From contig OY760175.1 in the NCBI GenBank assembly GCA_963663165.1, positions 1,952,001 through 2,016,000 on the forward strand: DNA of 64,000 nucleotides. Reading direction: 5' to 3'. The notes under the pieces were generated by a model. That model had not been told where the DNA came from. It did not search any database and worked only from the letters and a program-made list of their open reading frames with translations. Made by a program: the position numbers and the translations under genes. This DNA comes from an uncultured Desulfospira sp. (GTDB lineage Bacteria; Desulfobacterota; Desulfobacteria; Desulfobacterales; Desulfobacteraceae). This document shows positions 10,625 through 21,330 of this stretch, in pieces; the first letter of the stretch is position 1; the number at the start of each line of letters is the position of its first letter.

Positions 10625-12210
10625 TTATAAAGTTGTCTCCTCCCGGAAACAGGGAATATATACATAAAAGGCCGCCCCTTTGCCCGGCAGGCTTTCTACC
10701 CGGATATCCCCCTTGTGTTCCTTGATAATACCGTGGGCAACGGATAATCCCATGCCAGATCCTTTGCCCGGGGGCTTGGTGGTAAAATAGGGATCAAATA
10801 TCCGCTTAATGGTGACAGGGTCTATGCCCGGCCCCGTATCCCGGATCACCAGCTCAATGTATCTGCCTGGTTCAAGGCCCGGATCCAAATGCCGGGGTGC
10901 CGGACCGATTTCTAACTCCCTGAGGCCAATGTCCAGAATCCCGCCGGTTTCTTCCATGGCCTGGGCCGCATTGGAACACAGGTTCATCAGCACCTGGTGA
11001 ACCTGTATGCCGTTTGCCAGTACCGGCCCGGCAGTTTCGTCAAGATCCGTGCGAATTTCAATATTGGACGGGATGCTCGGGCGAAGAAGGCGAAACACTT
11101 CCCGGACCAGGGCCTGAACCAGAAGCGTTTCTTTTTCGTACCCGGATTTCCGGCTGAAGGCCAGGATGTGAGACACCAGCTCTTTGGCCCGCATGGCGGC
11201 TTTCAGGACTTCTTTCAGGTTCCGGCTGATGGGGGTGTCCGTTTCCATCTTCAACAGGCTCAGTTCCGTAAAGCCGATAATGGGATGCAGTATATTGTTA
11301 AAATCATGTGCGATACCACCGGCAAGAGAACCAAGGGCCTCCATTTTCATGGCCTGAACCAGCCGGGACTCAAGCTCTTTTCTCTCCTTGATCTCTTTTG
11401 ATAAACGTTCATTGGACAAAGATAATTTCTGGGTTCTTTCTTTGACTTGTGCTTCGAGTATCTCATTGGCACAACGAACCTTTTCCTGCTCCTGCCGGAG
11501 CAAATGCCTTAAAAAGAACTCCTTTCGGTCTGAAATTTCCAGCGAATAGCAGATGAGCATGCCAAGGACATTGACCACCATCATAAAGGGAAGGTCAACC
11601 ATCAAAACATCATGGGGGGTATCTATGAGAATGGAGACAAGCACAAACAGAACAAAGAGAATCCAGCCCACAATGGTTGCCGATATAAACCGGGAACGAA
11701 TAAATGTATAGCCAAAGACAAGACAGATGATCACGCCCACATAATACCGCGTGTTCAAAGGCGGCGGGGTAAACAGCATGACGGCAAGAAACCCGGATCC
11801 TGTAACCAGCACATACACATTGTTCAAAGCCTGCCACAGCCTTTTATAGCTGTGGTGAAAGGTCAGCAAAAACCCGGCCAGAAACATGGGGGTGATGATA
11901 TAGCGGGTGATATCCCATAAAATATGCCTCTCGGTACTGAAGACCAGGTGATCAAAAACTGAAAAACACCATAAAAAAATATGGAAAAAAAATGGCAGGC
12001 CCGGATCAATCCCAGGTATTTATCAAAATAATCATCTAAAAAAGGCGGCTCCAGACTCTCCAGCCCCCGGGAAAACGAGAGGGTTATGGGGTTTAAATTC
12101 AACTGCTTTACATGGGAATACTGGGGGAATATGGTCCGGTATAAGTTCAATGCGTGGTATCCTGAATTTTTTAGGGCCTTTTTAAGAAAGATATACCATA
12201 ACCCCGGCAA
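10625..12210 (-). pseudogene. Multi-TM sensor histidine kinase split by an apparent 1-nt deletion near 11962-11966
   Basis: Kinase part has AHDFNN, NLCSNA, DTGPG, GSGMGL. Adding one T to the T-run joins ORF 11863-12210 (...FFYGVF) to SVFDHLVF...PMFLAGF. True start uncertain. Confidence 0.7.
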
Positions 12211-12573
12211 TGGGAAGGCTGATCAAATATCTAGGACATATTTAAAGCTGAGATCTTTATAAAAGCGTTAGGGGGGACACCACCCATGCCCCCCTGTTAA
12301 AGAATTCTTTTCACCCAGGCGTTACCCGGCGTTAAGGCGCCACCTGAATCTGTTCTAATTTTTGGATCAGGGGCATGGGCCCGCTCCTTCTACCGTGCAT
12401 TGACCCAAAATGTAACGATAGACGCCGGATGTTGGGTTCCCTTGGAGGGGCGCATCCGGTTTCCTTCTTCCGGTTTTGCGGTCTCCATTCCATTTTATTG
12501 AATTATCCCTATCGATAAGGGGTTGGGTAACGATAGCGACAGATAGGGAGGAGCGGTGTGGCCATGATCCGGG

Positions 12574-13965
12574 TTAATTAGACACTGCAGCCGAATGGCC
12601 CGGTGTCCGGCGGATCTGGGTAAGGGCGTTCTGGGCCGCTTTTTTCTGTTGTGAGTATTCGCTGGCCCCGGCAAAGGCCTGCTCGGCAAGCTTTAGATTG
12701 TCCAGGTTCCAGGCCGCATATCCCTGCATCAACAGGGCCTGCCCCCTGAAAGATTTGAATTTTTCCAGCTGTGCATACACGTCAAGGGCTTTGGCATAGG
12801 CTTTTTCGGCAAACAGGATATCGGCCTTCATCTTTAACAACGCCGGATCTTTTCCGGCGGACAGCCCCTTATCAATCCATTTGAGGGCCGATTCCTTTTC
12901 CCCGCCGTTCAAAAAGGCCTGGGAAATCTGTTTAATGGTTTTGAACTTTTCACCGGCTTCTTTTTGCTGTTCAAGCCTGGCCTGGTAGTAGACTGCCGCC
13001 TGGGTCGGGATGCCGCAGGCCATGTAAAGGTCGGCCAAAAGCGATGTTTCCCGTTCAGACAAGGGGACCAGATAAGAATAAATCAGCAAAGAAGACAACC
13101 CGGGTTCCAGCTGGTTCACCCCCAGGTAAATATGGGTTAAGGCTTTCCACCATTTGGGCTCTTCAGGCTCAAGCCGGGTTAATGACCTGGCATAGGCCAG
13201 GGCCTCTTTGTCCATCTTGAGCAGCATGTACTGGTTGAGCAGAATCTCCTGCCATTTTTTTCTCTTGTCCCCGGTGTTTTTCTGGGCAAGTTCCTTTATG
13301 TAAGGCAGGGCCTGTTCGTTTTTTTCCAGGGCAAACAGGATATGAACCAGGGTTTCCTTCCATTCCAGGCGAACGTCACCGGGATGGGCCTTTAAAAGAC
13401 GGTAAAAAATATCAAGGGCCTTTTGATGCTTTTCCGCCGTGGTCTGGCAGATGACCGCATAGTAAAGGTGCTGGGGATTTTTTTCCTCGCCGGTGTCATA
13501 GGCTTTAAGGAAACAGTCGCCGGCAAGGGCCATCTGCCCCAATTCATACCGGCAGCGGGCCAGGTTGACCCAGGCCGGATAAAGGTCCGGCTTTTTTTTC
13601 ACCACCGCTGCAAGTCTTGCGGCAGCCTCCTTGACATAGGCGGGATTGCTGTTTTTCTGATCCATCATCAGCAACCCATTGGCGATCATAAAATCAATAT
13701 AATAATGGTCATACCCTTTCTTGGCCGCCTCTTCAGGCGATACGGACGCCTTCTGGGCCGAAAAGGCCTTAAGCTCGGCCACCGCCTCACCAAATTTCTC
13801 CTTTGCCATGAACTGATTGGCCTTGTTGACACAGATGCCGGCGGAAAACGGCAAATCAGGACTCTGGGCCATCGCCGCCCCAGCAGAAAACAGGGCCCAG
13901 ACAACCGCCACAACCGTTAAAAATATGGTTCTTGAAGGTGCCATCACACGCCCGCACCCAAACAA
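12574..13965 (-). CDS. Exported TPR-repeat protein of the TonB operon (TtpD-like)
   Basis: Signal peptide ending AMA-Q, helical TPR-like repeats, last gene of the tonB operon. Start may be 13944. Confidence 0.8.
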   Translation of the reverse strand: MFGCGRVMAPSRTIFLTVVAVVWALFSAGAAMAQSPDLPFSAGICVNKANQFMAKEKFGEAVAELKAFSAQKASVSPEEAAKKGYDHYYIDFMIANGLLMMDQKNSNPAYVKEAAARLAAVVKKKPDLYPAWVNLARCRYELGQMALAGDCFLKAYDTGEEKNPQHLYYAVICQTTAEKHQKALDIFYRLLKAHPGDVRLEWKETLVHILFALEKNEQALPYIKELAQKNTGDKRKKWQEILLNQYMLLKMDKEALAYARSLTRLEPEEPKWWKALTHIYLGVNQLEPGLSSLLIYSYLVPLSERETSLLADLYMACGIPTQAAVYYQARLEQQKEAGEKFKTIKQISQAFLNGGEKESALKWIDKGLSAGKDPALLKMKADILFAEKAYAKALDVYAQLEKFKSFRGQALLMQGYAAWNLDNLKLAEQAFAGASEYSQQKKAAQNALTQIRRTPGHSAAVSN

Positions 13966-14012
13966 CCCGCCATTCTCACAATTTCATCCTTCATCCTTTA
14001 TCCTTTCAAAGA

Positions 14013-14726
14013 TCAGTCCAACTGAAACCGGATTGTGGTCCTGGCCAGGGCCGGTACCGGCACCCCTTCCACTGTTCCGGGCTTGAATTTCCACTGTTTC
14101 AGGCAGTTGATCACGCTCTGGTTAAAAATGGTTTCAGGCTCGGCTTCCACGATCTTGATATCCTCAACGGTCCCGGTTTTGGTGACCACAAACTGAACCG
14201 TGACCCATCCTTCGATTCCCCGCCGGGTGGCCCTGTGGGGATAAACCGGGGGCACCTGGGCCAGGGGGGTTAAAGGCGAATCCAGTTCATCGGCATTATA
14301 CTGCCCTTTTAAGCCCGGGGCATTGAGGCTGAAATGTTCCAGGGGCGGCATGTCCAGGCTGGTTGCGGTGGGCGGCAGCTTGGTATTGAGTTCAAAGGGA
14401 AGCTTTGGTTTTTGAACCACAGGCTTTGGATTGGAGACATGGAGGGGCCGCTTGGCCTTTACGATTTTTTCGGGTTTCTTTTCAGGCTCCACCAGCTCTT
14501 TCTTTTTCGGCGGTGTTTCAGGCCGCTTGACCCGGACAACCGGAATAGCGTTCAACAGTTCCGAATCATCAGGTTTGTCCGGAATGCCCTGGATGGTGCC
14601 GGGCATGATGCCGAACAAGAACAGATTAAGTAGAATGGACAGGGCAATGGCGATACCCCAGCCCACCCATTGGTGAACCACTCCCTGATTTGCCTGTGCC
14701 GCTGCCGGCATGCCGGTGCCGTTCAC
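14013..14726 (-). CDS. tonB: Energy transducer TonB
   Basis: N-terminal TM, Pro/Lys-rich linker, C-terminal PVYP..A..RGIEGWV...WKFKP. Confidence 0.92.
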   Translation of the reverse strand: MNGTGMPAAAQANQGVVHQWVGWGIAIALSILLNLFLFGIMPGTIQGIPDKPDDSELLNAIPVVRVKRPETPPKKKELVEPEKKPEKIVKAKRPLHVSNPKPVVQKPKLPFELNTKLPPTATSLDMPPLEHFSLNAPGLKGQYNADELDSPLTPLAQVPPVYPHRATRRGIEGWVTVQFVVTKTGTVEDIKIVEAEPETIFNQSVINCLKQWKFKPGTVEGVPVPALARTTIRFQLD

Positions 14727-14731
14727 TTTGT

Positions 14732-15151
14732 TTATTCTCCGGCCGGAAGGCTTGCGGCAATGGAAACGTTTTCCACTCCGGCCAGCTTGCAGGCGTCCAT
14801 GACCGTGATGACCAGGCCGGTCCTGGAATCCCGGTCCGCCACAATCACCACGCTGCCCTCGGGGTTTTCCGCAAGGGCCCTTTCCACATTGGCCCGGACC
14901 GCCCGGATATCAATCTGCCGCCGGTCCAGATGGACGGTATCGTTTTTGGTCACCCCGATAAGGATGGTTGATTTGGCCTTGCTCACGGCCGTGGATGCGG
15001 CCGGCCGGGAAATGTCCACCCCGGTCTCTTTTACAAAGCTGGTGGTGACCAGAAAAAAAATGAGCAGGATAAACACCATATCAATGAGCGGGGCAATGTT
15101 GAGTTCCAACGTTTTTCGTTCGGCCCGCCGGGCTGCTGAAATATTTAACAT
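14732..15151 (-). CDS. exbD: Biopolymer transporter ExbD
   Basis: NIAPLIDMVFILLIFFLVTTSF. Confidence 0.93.
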   Translation of the reverse strand: MLNISAARRAERKTLELNIAPLIDMVFILLIFFLVTTSFVKETGVDISRPAASTAVSKAKSTILIGVTKNDTVHLDRRQIDIRAVRANVERALAENPEGSVVIVADRDSRTGLVITVMDACKLAGVENVSIAASLPAGE

Positions 15152-15243
15152 AAAGACACCTTGTATTGAGCTTTTAGCTTTTAGCTGTTAGCTTTTAGCT
15201 TTGCTGCTGGTTTTTGGCTAACAGCTAATGGCTAATAGCTTTC

Positions 15244-15840
15244 TTATAAAAACCGCTTTAAGTACATGCCCGTGGCGCAGATCTTGTGTTTGAGGTTCTG
15301 GGCCCGCCGGTGGAGCCACCCGCTCATCCACAGGCCGGGGATGGAGACCATCAGTCCGGTCTGGGTGGTGATCAATGCCACGGAGATCCCCGAGGCCATG
15401 GCCCGGGCATTTCCGGTACCGTAAACGGTGATCACATCAAAGGTCTGCATCATGCCCACCACGGTGCCCAGAAGCCCCAGAAGGGGGGCCACGGCAGACA
15501 GCACCGTGATAAATGACAGGTATTTCTCCAAAGAAGCGTTCATTCCCAGGGTGATCTCGTCCAGGATAAAATCGTCCAGGGCCGGGTCAAAACTTCTTTT
15601 GGACAAAAATTTTCTGACCAGGGTGGAGTTGGCCCCCTTGTATTTGTCTTCAGGCCAGCGGTTTTCCTTTACCAGCCGGCCGGCCTCACGCCGGGTGATA
15701 TTTTTAACATAAAGCCGCCTTAAAAAAAGGACCCGGTTAAAGATCAATACCCACATGAGAAAAGAGACCAGAAGGATCGGGATCATGACCACCCCGCCGG
15801 AATCGAGATATCCGGCTATGCTCTGGACAAACCCGCTCAT
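15244..15840 (-). CDS. exbB: MotA/TolQ/ExbB proton channel
   Basis: APLLGLLGTV.GM..TF; GISVALITT..GL. Confidence 0.9.
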   Translation of the reverse strand: MSGFVQSIAGYLDSGGVVMIPILLVSFLMWVLIFNRVLFLRRLYVKNITRREAGRLVKENRWPEDKYKGANSTLVRKFLSKRSFDPALDDFILDEITLGMNASLEKYLSFITVLSAVAPLLGLLGTVVGMMQTFDVITVYGTGNARAMASGISVALITTQTGLMVSIPGLWMSGWLHRRAQNLKHKICATGMYLKRFL

Positions 15841-17348
15841 GCGTCACGGTTCTCCTGACAGCAGCAGCCGGCATTCCTGACCTTGAACACCATGTTGACA
15901 AAGGCCACGGATTTTTCCTCCATCCGGCTGATCTGGGTATCCACCTTCCGGCTTAAAAAGGTGTGAAAGATCATGATGGGAATGGCCACGGTAAGCCCGA
16001 GCATGGTGGTGACCAGGGCCTCGGAAATCCCGCCGGACATCATTCTCGGGTCCCCTGCCCCATAGCAGGTGATCACATGAAAGGTATTGATCATGCCGGT
16101 AACCGTTCCCAAAAGCCCCATGAGCGGGGCAATGGCGGCCAGCATGCCCAGGGTGGACAAAAACCGCTCCACCCTGGGGATCTCGCCCAATATGGCTTCC
16201 TGAAGGGCGTTTTCCATATCCTGGCGGGCCAGGTCCCTGAAGGGAAGCGCCGTTAACAGCACCTTGGGGACCAGCCGTTTTTTATTGGCGTCAAACAAGG
16301 CCTTGCACTGGTCCCAGTCATTGTTGGCCACAAATTTTTCCACTTTGGCCATAAAGGGCTCCACCTTGACCCGCCTGAAGGTAAAAAAGAAAAACCGTTC
16401 AATTAAGATGAGCAGGGCAATGACCAGGATGGCCAGGATGGGCCAGACAATGGGACCGCCCTTGGGCACCTGTTCCACCAGGTCCAGTTCATGGGTCAGC
16501 CGTCGAAGGGCGGCGCCTTTGGAAATATCCACGGGAACATCGGGTCTTTCGCCTTTAAGGTATTCTTCAATGGCCTTGACCACCGGGGATGCCGGCAATT
16601 TAGACAGGGCAAACAGCCGCCGGCTCTGGGCCGAATAGATCAGGAATCCGGTTTCAGCCGATTGTCCGGCCTCTTGGGCCAAGGTGTAGATCCCGGAGAA
16701 ATTTCCCAGGACAAGAATTTGGGCCTCTTTTTCCGTGCCGCTTCTGTCCACGATGGTGCCGTTGGTGATCCTGACCTCTCCTGAAGCCCTGATCTCCTCC
16801 AGATAGGTATCGGCCATTTGCCGGATCAGATCCATGGACGGAAACTTTTCCTGGCTTAGGATCTCTTTTAAAAAGGTGTGGCGGTCCTTTAAAATTCCGC
16901 TTTGAAGACTTTGAATTAAAAGGCTTTCAAGGTCTTTGGCATGGCTTCTGACAAAACCGGACAACTCTTTGTTTTCGGCCTGGGCAACGCTTAAGGCCTG
17001 TTTGAGGGTGACCCGTTCCTCTCTTAAGGTTTCAATCCGGCTTTCAATGGCCTGATTTTCCTTTTCAAGGCTCACGTTGGCTGCCTTTAGTTTGGCAATG
17101 GCCGCGGTCAGGGACGCCTTGTCCTGCTTGATGGCACTGACCTTTTTCTGGGCCTCTTCCCGGGCCTGGCTCAACTCCCGGTCTGCCTTTTCTTCCATTA
17201 TTTTCCGTTTTTGTTCAAGGGAAACATGATCGGCCCTCATATCCTGGTTCTGGGCCAGGGCATGGCTGGGCCAGAAGGCCAACCCAAAGGCCGTCATCCA
17301 TATAATAAAGCAGGCCGGCCATATCTGTTGAGCTGAATAAATTTTCAT
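15837..17348 (-). CDS. Long ExbB-like protein with periplasmic coiled-coil domain (TtpC-like)
   Basis: Signal peptide, coiled coil, VPVDIS, C-terminal APLMGLLGTVTGMI...GISEALVTT. Confidence 0.85.
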   Translation of the reverse strand: MKIYSAQQIWPACFIIWMTAFGLAFWPSHALAQNQDMRADHVSLEQKRKIMEEKADRELSQAREEAQKKVSAIKQDKASLTAAIAKLKAANVSLEKENQAIESRIETLREERVTLKQALSVAQAENKELSGFVRSHAKDLESLLIQSLQSGILKDRHTFLKEILSQEKFPSMDLIRQMADTYLEEIRASGEVRITNGTIVDRSGTEKEAQILVLGNFSGIYTLAQEAGQSAETGFLIYSAQSRRLFALSKLPASPVVKAIEEYLKGERPDVPVDISKGAALRRLTHELDLVEQVPKGGPIVWPILAILVIALLILIERFFFFTFRRVKVEPFMAKVEKFVANNDWDQCKALFDANKKRLVPKVLLTALPFRDLARQDMENALQEAILGEIPRVERFLSTLGMLAAIAPLMGLLGTVTGMINTFHVITCYGAGDPRMMSGGISEALVTTMLGLTVAIPIMIFHTFLSRKVDTQISRMEEKSVAFVNMVFKVRNAGCCCQENRDA

Positions 17349-17358
17349 GGCAGCCCCC

Positions 17359-18180
17359 TTATTGTCCGGACGGGCCGGCAAGCCGTCCTAAAGGCAGGTT
17401 AATGACTTCCATGGGCCGCCGTTTTGCCGCCATCTCAACGGCCGCATCCAGCCCCCCCATGTACCGCTTGTCCAGGGCCTGCCAGTTGTTTTCCGAAACA
17501 TTGAACACGGCCGCCGCCTCCCGGTCCAGGGTCAAAAAGAACAGGGAAATCCGGCCCAGCCTGAAAATATCGCCTAGGACCTCGCTTCCCTCAAGAAGGA
17601 TTTTGTCCTGGTAGACTTCAATGGTGTTGCCGTATTCCGCCTCTATGGACAGGGCCTCCATGACTTTTCTGTATTTTTCGGCAATGCTTACATCCATGTC
17701 ATCCATGGTATGGGACAGTCTGGCCAGTCTTGTCTGCCGCTCAGCTGTTAAAAACGGGACATCCTGATCCATCAGGTCCTTAAGGCTTTGCTGAACAGAC
17801 AGCAAAAAAGGCATCATCTCCTTTTTGATCCGCATGGCCTCAAGCCGTTCGGCTTCCAGATCCCGGTTGACCTGTTCATGGCCTGAAAGCGCCTTTTCCA
17901 GGATTTTGTTGGCAGCTGTTAAGTGTTCATTTTCCATGGAAAGCTGGTCGTAAAGCACCATAAGTTCGGATTTTTCCGAATCCCATGTTTCCTGCTTTTT
18001 CTGGGTGGCCTGGCGGGTGTCAATGGACTTGCCCACCTGTTGTTCCACCTTCTTTGCCGTGGCTGAAAAACCGCTTGAGCCAGACATCAGCATTAAAGAC
18101 AGGGCAGTCACACCAATTAAGACCGGGCCGCCCCGTTTTCCCGGACCCGTTTGTGTTTGTTTCAGCTTTTTTAGATTCAT
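17359..18180 (-). CDS. DUF3450-like periplasmic protein (TtpB-like)
   Basis: DVPFL..ER..RL, EKYRKVMEAL.IE.EYG, FRLGRI; AGGAG RBS before ATG 18180. Confidence 0.85.
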   Translation of the reverse strand: MNLKKLKQTQTGPGKRGGPVLIGVTALSLMLMSGSSGFSATAKKVEQQVGKSIDTRQATQKKQETWDSEKSELMVLYDQLSMENEHLTAANKILEKALSGHEQVNRDLEAERLEAMRIKKEMMPFLLSVQQSLKDLMDQDVPFLTAERQTRLARLSHTMDDMDVSIAEKYRKVMEALSIEAEYGNTIEVYQDKILLEGSEVLGDIFRLGRISLFFLTLDREAAAVFNVSENNWQALDKRYMGGLDAAVEMAAKRRPMEVINLPLGRLAGPSGQ

Positions 18181-18489
18181 TTTGCTCCTGACAATTTTAA
18201 TATCCTGGGAAGCCGGCCTTCCGATCACCATACAGCACCCGGATCATGTGTAGTTTGTAGTAGGCATATATCGGGGAACGATTGCTGCTGTCAAGACCCA
18301 TTTTAGATATGCTTAACTATTTTTCTACTTATTGACTTTTCCTATAGAAAAGCGAGAGTTAATTTCAGCCCCCTGTCTCTTCTATGGGGCTGCCCCCCAA
18401 GACGGCAGGGTCACCGCATGTAAAAAAGCAATCCATTCCGGAATGGAAAATAGGGAGACCGGATTTCCAGGTCCCTCTGGTTGCGGCGC

Positions 18490-18536
18490 AGGAGCGGGCC
18501 ATGCCCGCGATCCGATCGCGGGCATGGCCCGCTCCT
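18490..18536. repeat. REP doublet (perfect 23-bp inverted repeat)
   Basis: aggagcgggccatgcccgcgatc-c-gatcgcgggcatggcccgctcct; a degenerate half copy lies near 12370-12393. Confidence 0.8.
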
Positions 18537-18782
18537 AAAGGGTTGGTCTTCTTGCCCTTTCTCAAACTATTCAGAGCAAGATGCAAATCCCCGAATTTGC
18601 TATCCGGTCTTCGGTCCCCCGTTTCCGGTCTCCGTTCAGGAATATTGGAAATTAAATATATCATTATAGATGCGGTTCCCCTCCCCTGCTCAAGGCCGTC
18701 ATAAATATTGCTTGAATTAAAAAACACTGATATGGAGAAAACCGGTGATATATTTTGATTTGTAAAAAAAGGACCATCCGCC

Positions 18783-19951
18783 ATGAACCATATCAAACGA
18801 CAAATTGATCAAATCAGATCATCTCTTATAACATTTGCCGCAGGCCTGGTCAAAATCAAAAGCTATTCCGGCCGGGAACAGCAGGCCATTGAATTTATCC
18901 GGCAGGAGATGAAAGCCCTGAATTACGATCAGATTTTCATTGACGCCATGGGCAACCTGGTGGACGGGTGGGCAGCGGGAAAAAGGTGGTCATGTTTGAT
19001 TCCCACGTGGACACCGTGGCTGTGACCAACCCCTCTGACTGGGCCCATGATCCCTTTGGCGGCGTGATTGAACAGGGCCGGCTCCACGGCAGGGGGTCGG
19101 TGGATATGAAATCCGGTGCAGCGGCTTCAATCTATGGGGCAGCCCTGGCCAAACAGCTGAACCTGATTGAAGACAAGACCGTTTATGTCTCCTGCACGGT
19201 CATGGAAGAGGACTGTGACGGCGAAAACTTAAAGCACCTGTTCAAAGAATCCGGGATCTGCCCCCAGTATATGGTCATCTGCGAACCCTCGGACAACAAG
19301 CTTGCCACGGGCCACAAGGGCAAAGCACAGATAGCGGTAAAGACCCATGGCGTCTCCGCCCACGGGTCTGCCCCGGAAAAAGGGCAAAATGCCGTCTATG
19401 AGATGGCCCGGATTATCCGTCGCATTGAGCAGACCGCCGGCCGCCTCATGGAGACCCCGGGGCTCCACGGCACCCTGGTGGCATCGCAAATTTCAAGCAA
19501 AAGCGAATCCCTGAACGCGGTTCCCTTTGAATGTGAGATCTACCTGGACCGGCGCATGGTGTTGGGAGAGACCCGGGATACCATCAAACAGGAGATGGAC
19601 GCCATTGTTAAGGGCCAAAATGCCTCCTGGGAGATCGGCACCCTGAACCGCCGGTCTTACACCGGCCTTGAGGTAACCTACCACCCCTTCCATCTGCCCT
19701 GGCAGATTGACCCCGGCCACCCGCTGTCAACGGCATGTGTGGCTGCCTTTCAAGAGGCCTTTAACAAAGCACCGGAAACCGATTACTGGGATTTCAGCAC
19801 CAATGCGGTCACCCCGGTCTCCATGGGCATTCCCTGCATCGGATTCGGCCCGGGTGAGTATAAACTGGCCCACATGACCAATGAAAACTGTGAGATCAAC
19901 CAAATCACAGGGGCCTGTGAGTTTTACGCTACCCTTATCCATAAACTATAG
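18783..19951 (+). pseudogene. M20 metallo-hydrolase (YgeY-like), apparent 1-nt deletion at about 18962
   Basis: FDSHVDTV, GRGSVDMK, EED, CEP, AH. One extra G restores MGNLV-GRVGSGKKVVMFDSH across the two ORFs. Confidence 0.8.
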
Positions 19952-20099
19952 TAAATGAATTGGCCCCGTTTTTCCCGGCTTCTGGCGCTTGATCGCGGCC
20001 ACAGAGAAACATCAAACGGATAAAAACGCTGCGCGGGCGAATGCCCAGATGTCAAGGCTGACCCTCTATCGCTTCCTATCGCTCTATCGCTCCTTAGAA

Positions 20100-20163
20100 T
20101 TGTGAAATTTTTTCCACAAAGTTGTGAAATTTTTTTCACAAAGTTGTGAGGTTTTTTTCACAA
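20100..20163. promoter_or_regulatory. Three tandem TTGTGA-N8-YCACAA palindromes, 22-bp period (putative enhancer sites)
   Basis: Units start at 20100, 20122 and 20144, 130-195 bp upstream of a sigma-54 motif. Confidence 0.7.
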
Positions 20164-20294
20164 TTGCTTATAGTTCATTACATCACCGGGTCAAATTCAA
20201 AGGAGTTTAAAGTATGATTTAATATCATAACCGCTCAAAAAAACATTAAATAACGAAATATATGATTATTTTGCCACCCCCGCCACCTATCAAT

Positions 20295-20310
20295 TGGCAC
20301 AATTATTGCT
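20295..20310 (+). promoter_or_regulatory. Sigma-54 -24/-12 promoter
   Basis: TGGCAC-AATTA-TTGCT, an exact consensus match upstream of a PEP-CTERM gene. Confidence 0.85.
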
Positions 20311-20415
20311 TAATATTCCTAAATTATTGCTAAATTATTGCTAATTGCCAATTATTGCATTTGATCAAAAATTATTATTTCTTTACCAGCGATTAAAAAA
20401 GGAGAAAATTTAACA

Positions 20416-21105
20416 ATGTTACCGTTGAAATTTGGGTGGACAGGTGTGTTGGTGATGTTCGTTTGTCTGGCAATTTACCAGCAGGTATCGGCTGCAAATT
20501 TAATCATCGAAAACGGCCAACTCATGGGGGCTAATAACGTCACAGTCAATGGCACCGATTACAATGTCCGGTTTGTAGAGGGATCGGCGCAGTCACTTTA
20601 TTACACTGATGATACATGGCATCTTATGTTTGGTTCATATGCCGATGCGTTAACGGCAGCCCAGGCCCTGGATGAGGTATTTGTGGATACCTTTGTAGAT
20701 ACCGAGGAGTATAAATTTGATTCTGATCCACTCCTGACATACGGTATCAGTGAAACCACAGTAAATGAACAACCATTCGCCCATGAAGGCTATATACTCG
20801 TCCCGTATCGTGTTTTTACATCCGGCCTCTCTCAGTATAAGAAGACATATGTGCAGAATGCCTATTTTCTCAACAGCTCTCCTGGGGCGTCGACAGACAC
20901 TGCCGGCGGAATTGCACAATTTGAGGTTGGTGTGGACATGACCGATGGCAATGAAGAAAATGAGCGGGCAACGCTTTATGTTTACACGACCTGGTCATTG
21001 TCCGGCACGCCCTACATTAACCCGGTTCCGGTTCCCGCCTCATATTTGCTGCTGGTTTCAGGGCTCATCGGCCTGGCCGGATTAAACAGAAAAACAAGAC
21101 CATAA
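20416..21105 (+). CDS. PEP-CTERM-type surface protein
   Basis: Signal peptide; C-terminal VPVPASYLLLVSGLIGLAGLNRK. Confidence 0.9.
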   Translation: MLPLKFGWTGVLVMFVCLAIYQQVSAANLIIENGQLMGANNVTVNGTDYNVRFVEGSAQSLYYTDDTWHLMFGSYADALTAAQALDEVFVDTFVDTEEYKFDSDPLLTYGISETTVNEQPFAHEGYILVPYRVFTSGLSQYKKTYVQNAYFLNSSPGASTDTAGGIAQFEVGVDMTDGNEENERATLYVYTTWSLSGTPYINPVPVPASYLLLVSGLIGLAGLNRKTRP

Positions 21106-21119
21106 CTTCATGATGATCT

Positions 21120-21152
21120 GGGCAGGGCCGCCTTTTGTCCTGCGCCCTGCCC
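21120..21152 (+). terminator. GC-rich hairpin after the PEP-CTERM gene
   Basis: gggcagggc...gccctgccc; weak U-tract. Confidence 0.45.
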
Positions 21153-21330
21153 GACTTTCCTAAATCGCTCTTCCGGGTTAGCCATTCAAATCCACGGATA
21201 AACCGTGTCTCAGTAAGCTTTGAAGAAACCATATGTCAAAAGAATTTGGTGTCAATTCAATGAATCAACCGCTTATCGGGGCGGATGTGCTGTTACTGAA
21301 CTTATCCGGTCCGGAAAAAGGGTTTTATGT

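Noticed and set aside
12240..12570. Possible ncRNA (6S-like) in a GC-rich spacer
   Set aside because: Only short local hairpins and a degenerate REP half; no recognisable family features.
18365..18796. 143-aa ORF and overlapping ORFs
   Set aside because: They translate REP and heptamer repeats (RRPETGDRRP) and overlap promoter DNA.
20100..20163. CRISPR array or Rex/CRP sites
   Set aside because: Units are separated by only 2 nt with no unique spacers and no cas genes. TGTGA-TCACA spacing is 8 nt, not the 6 nt of Rex/CRP.
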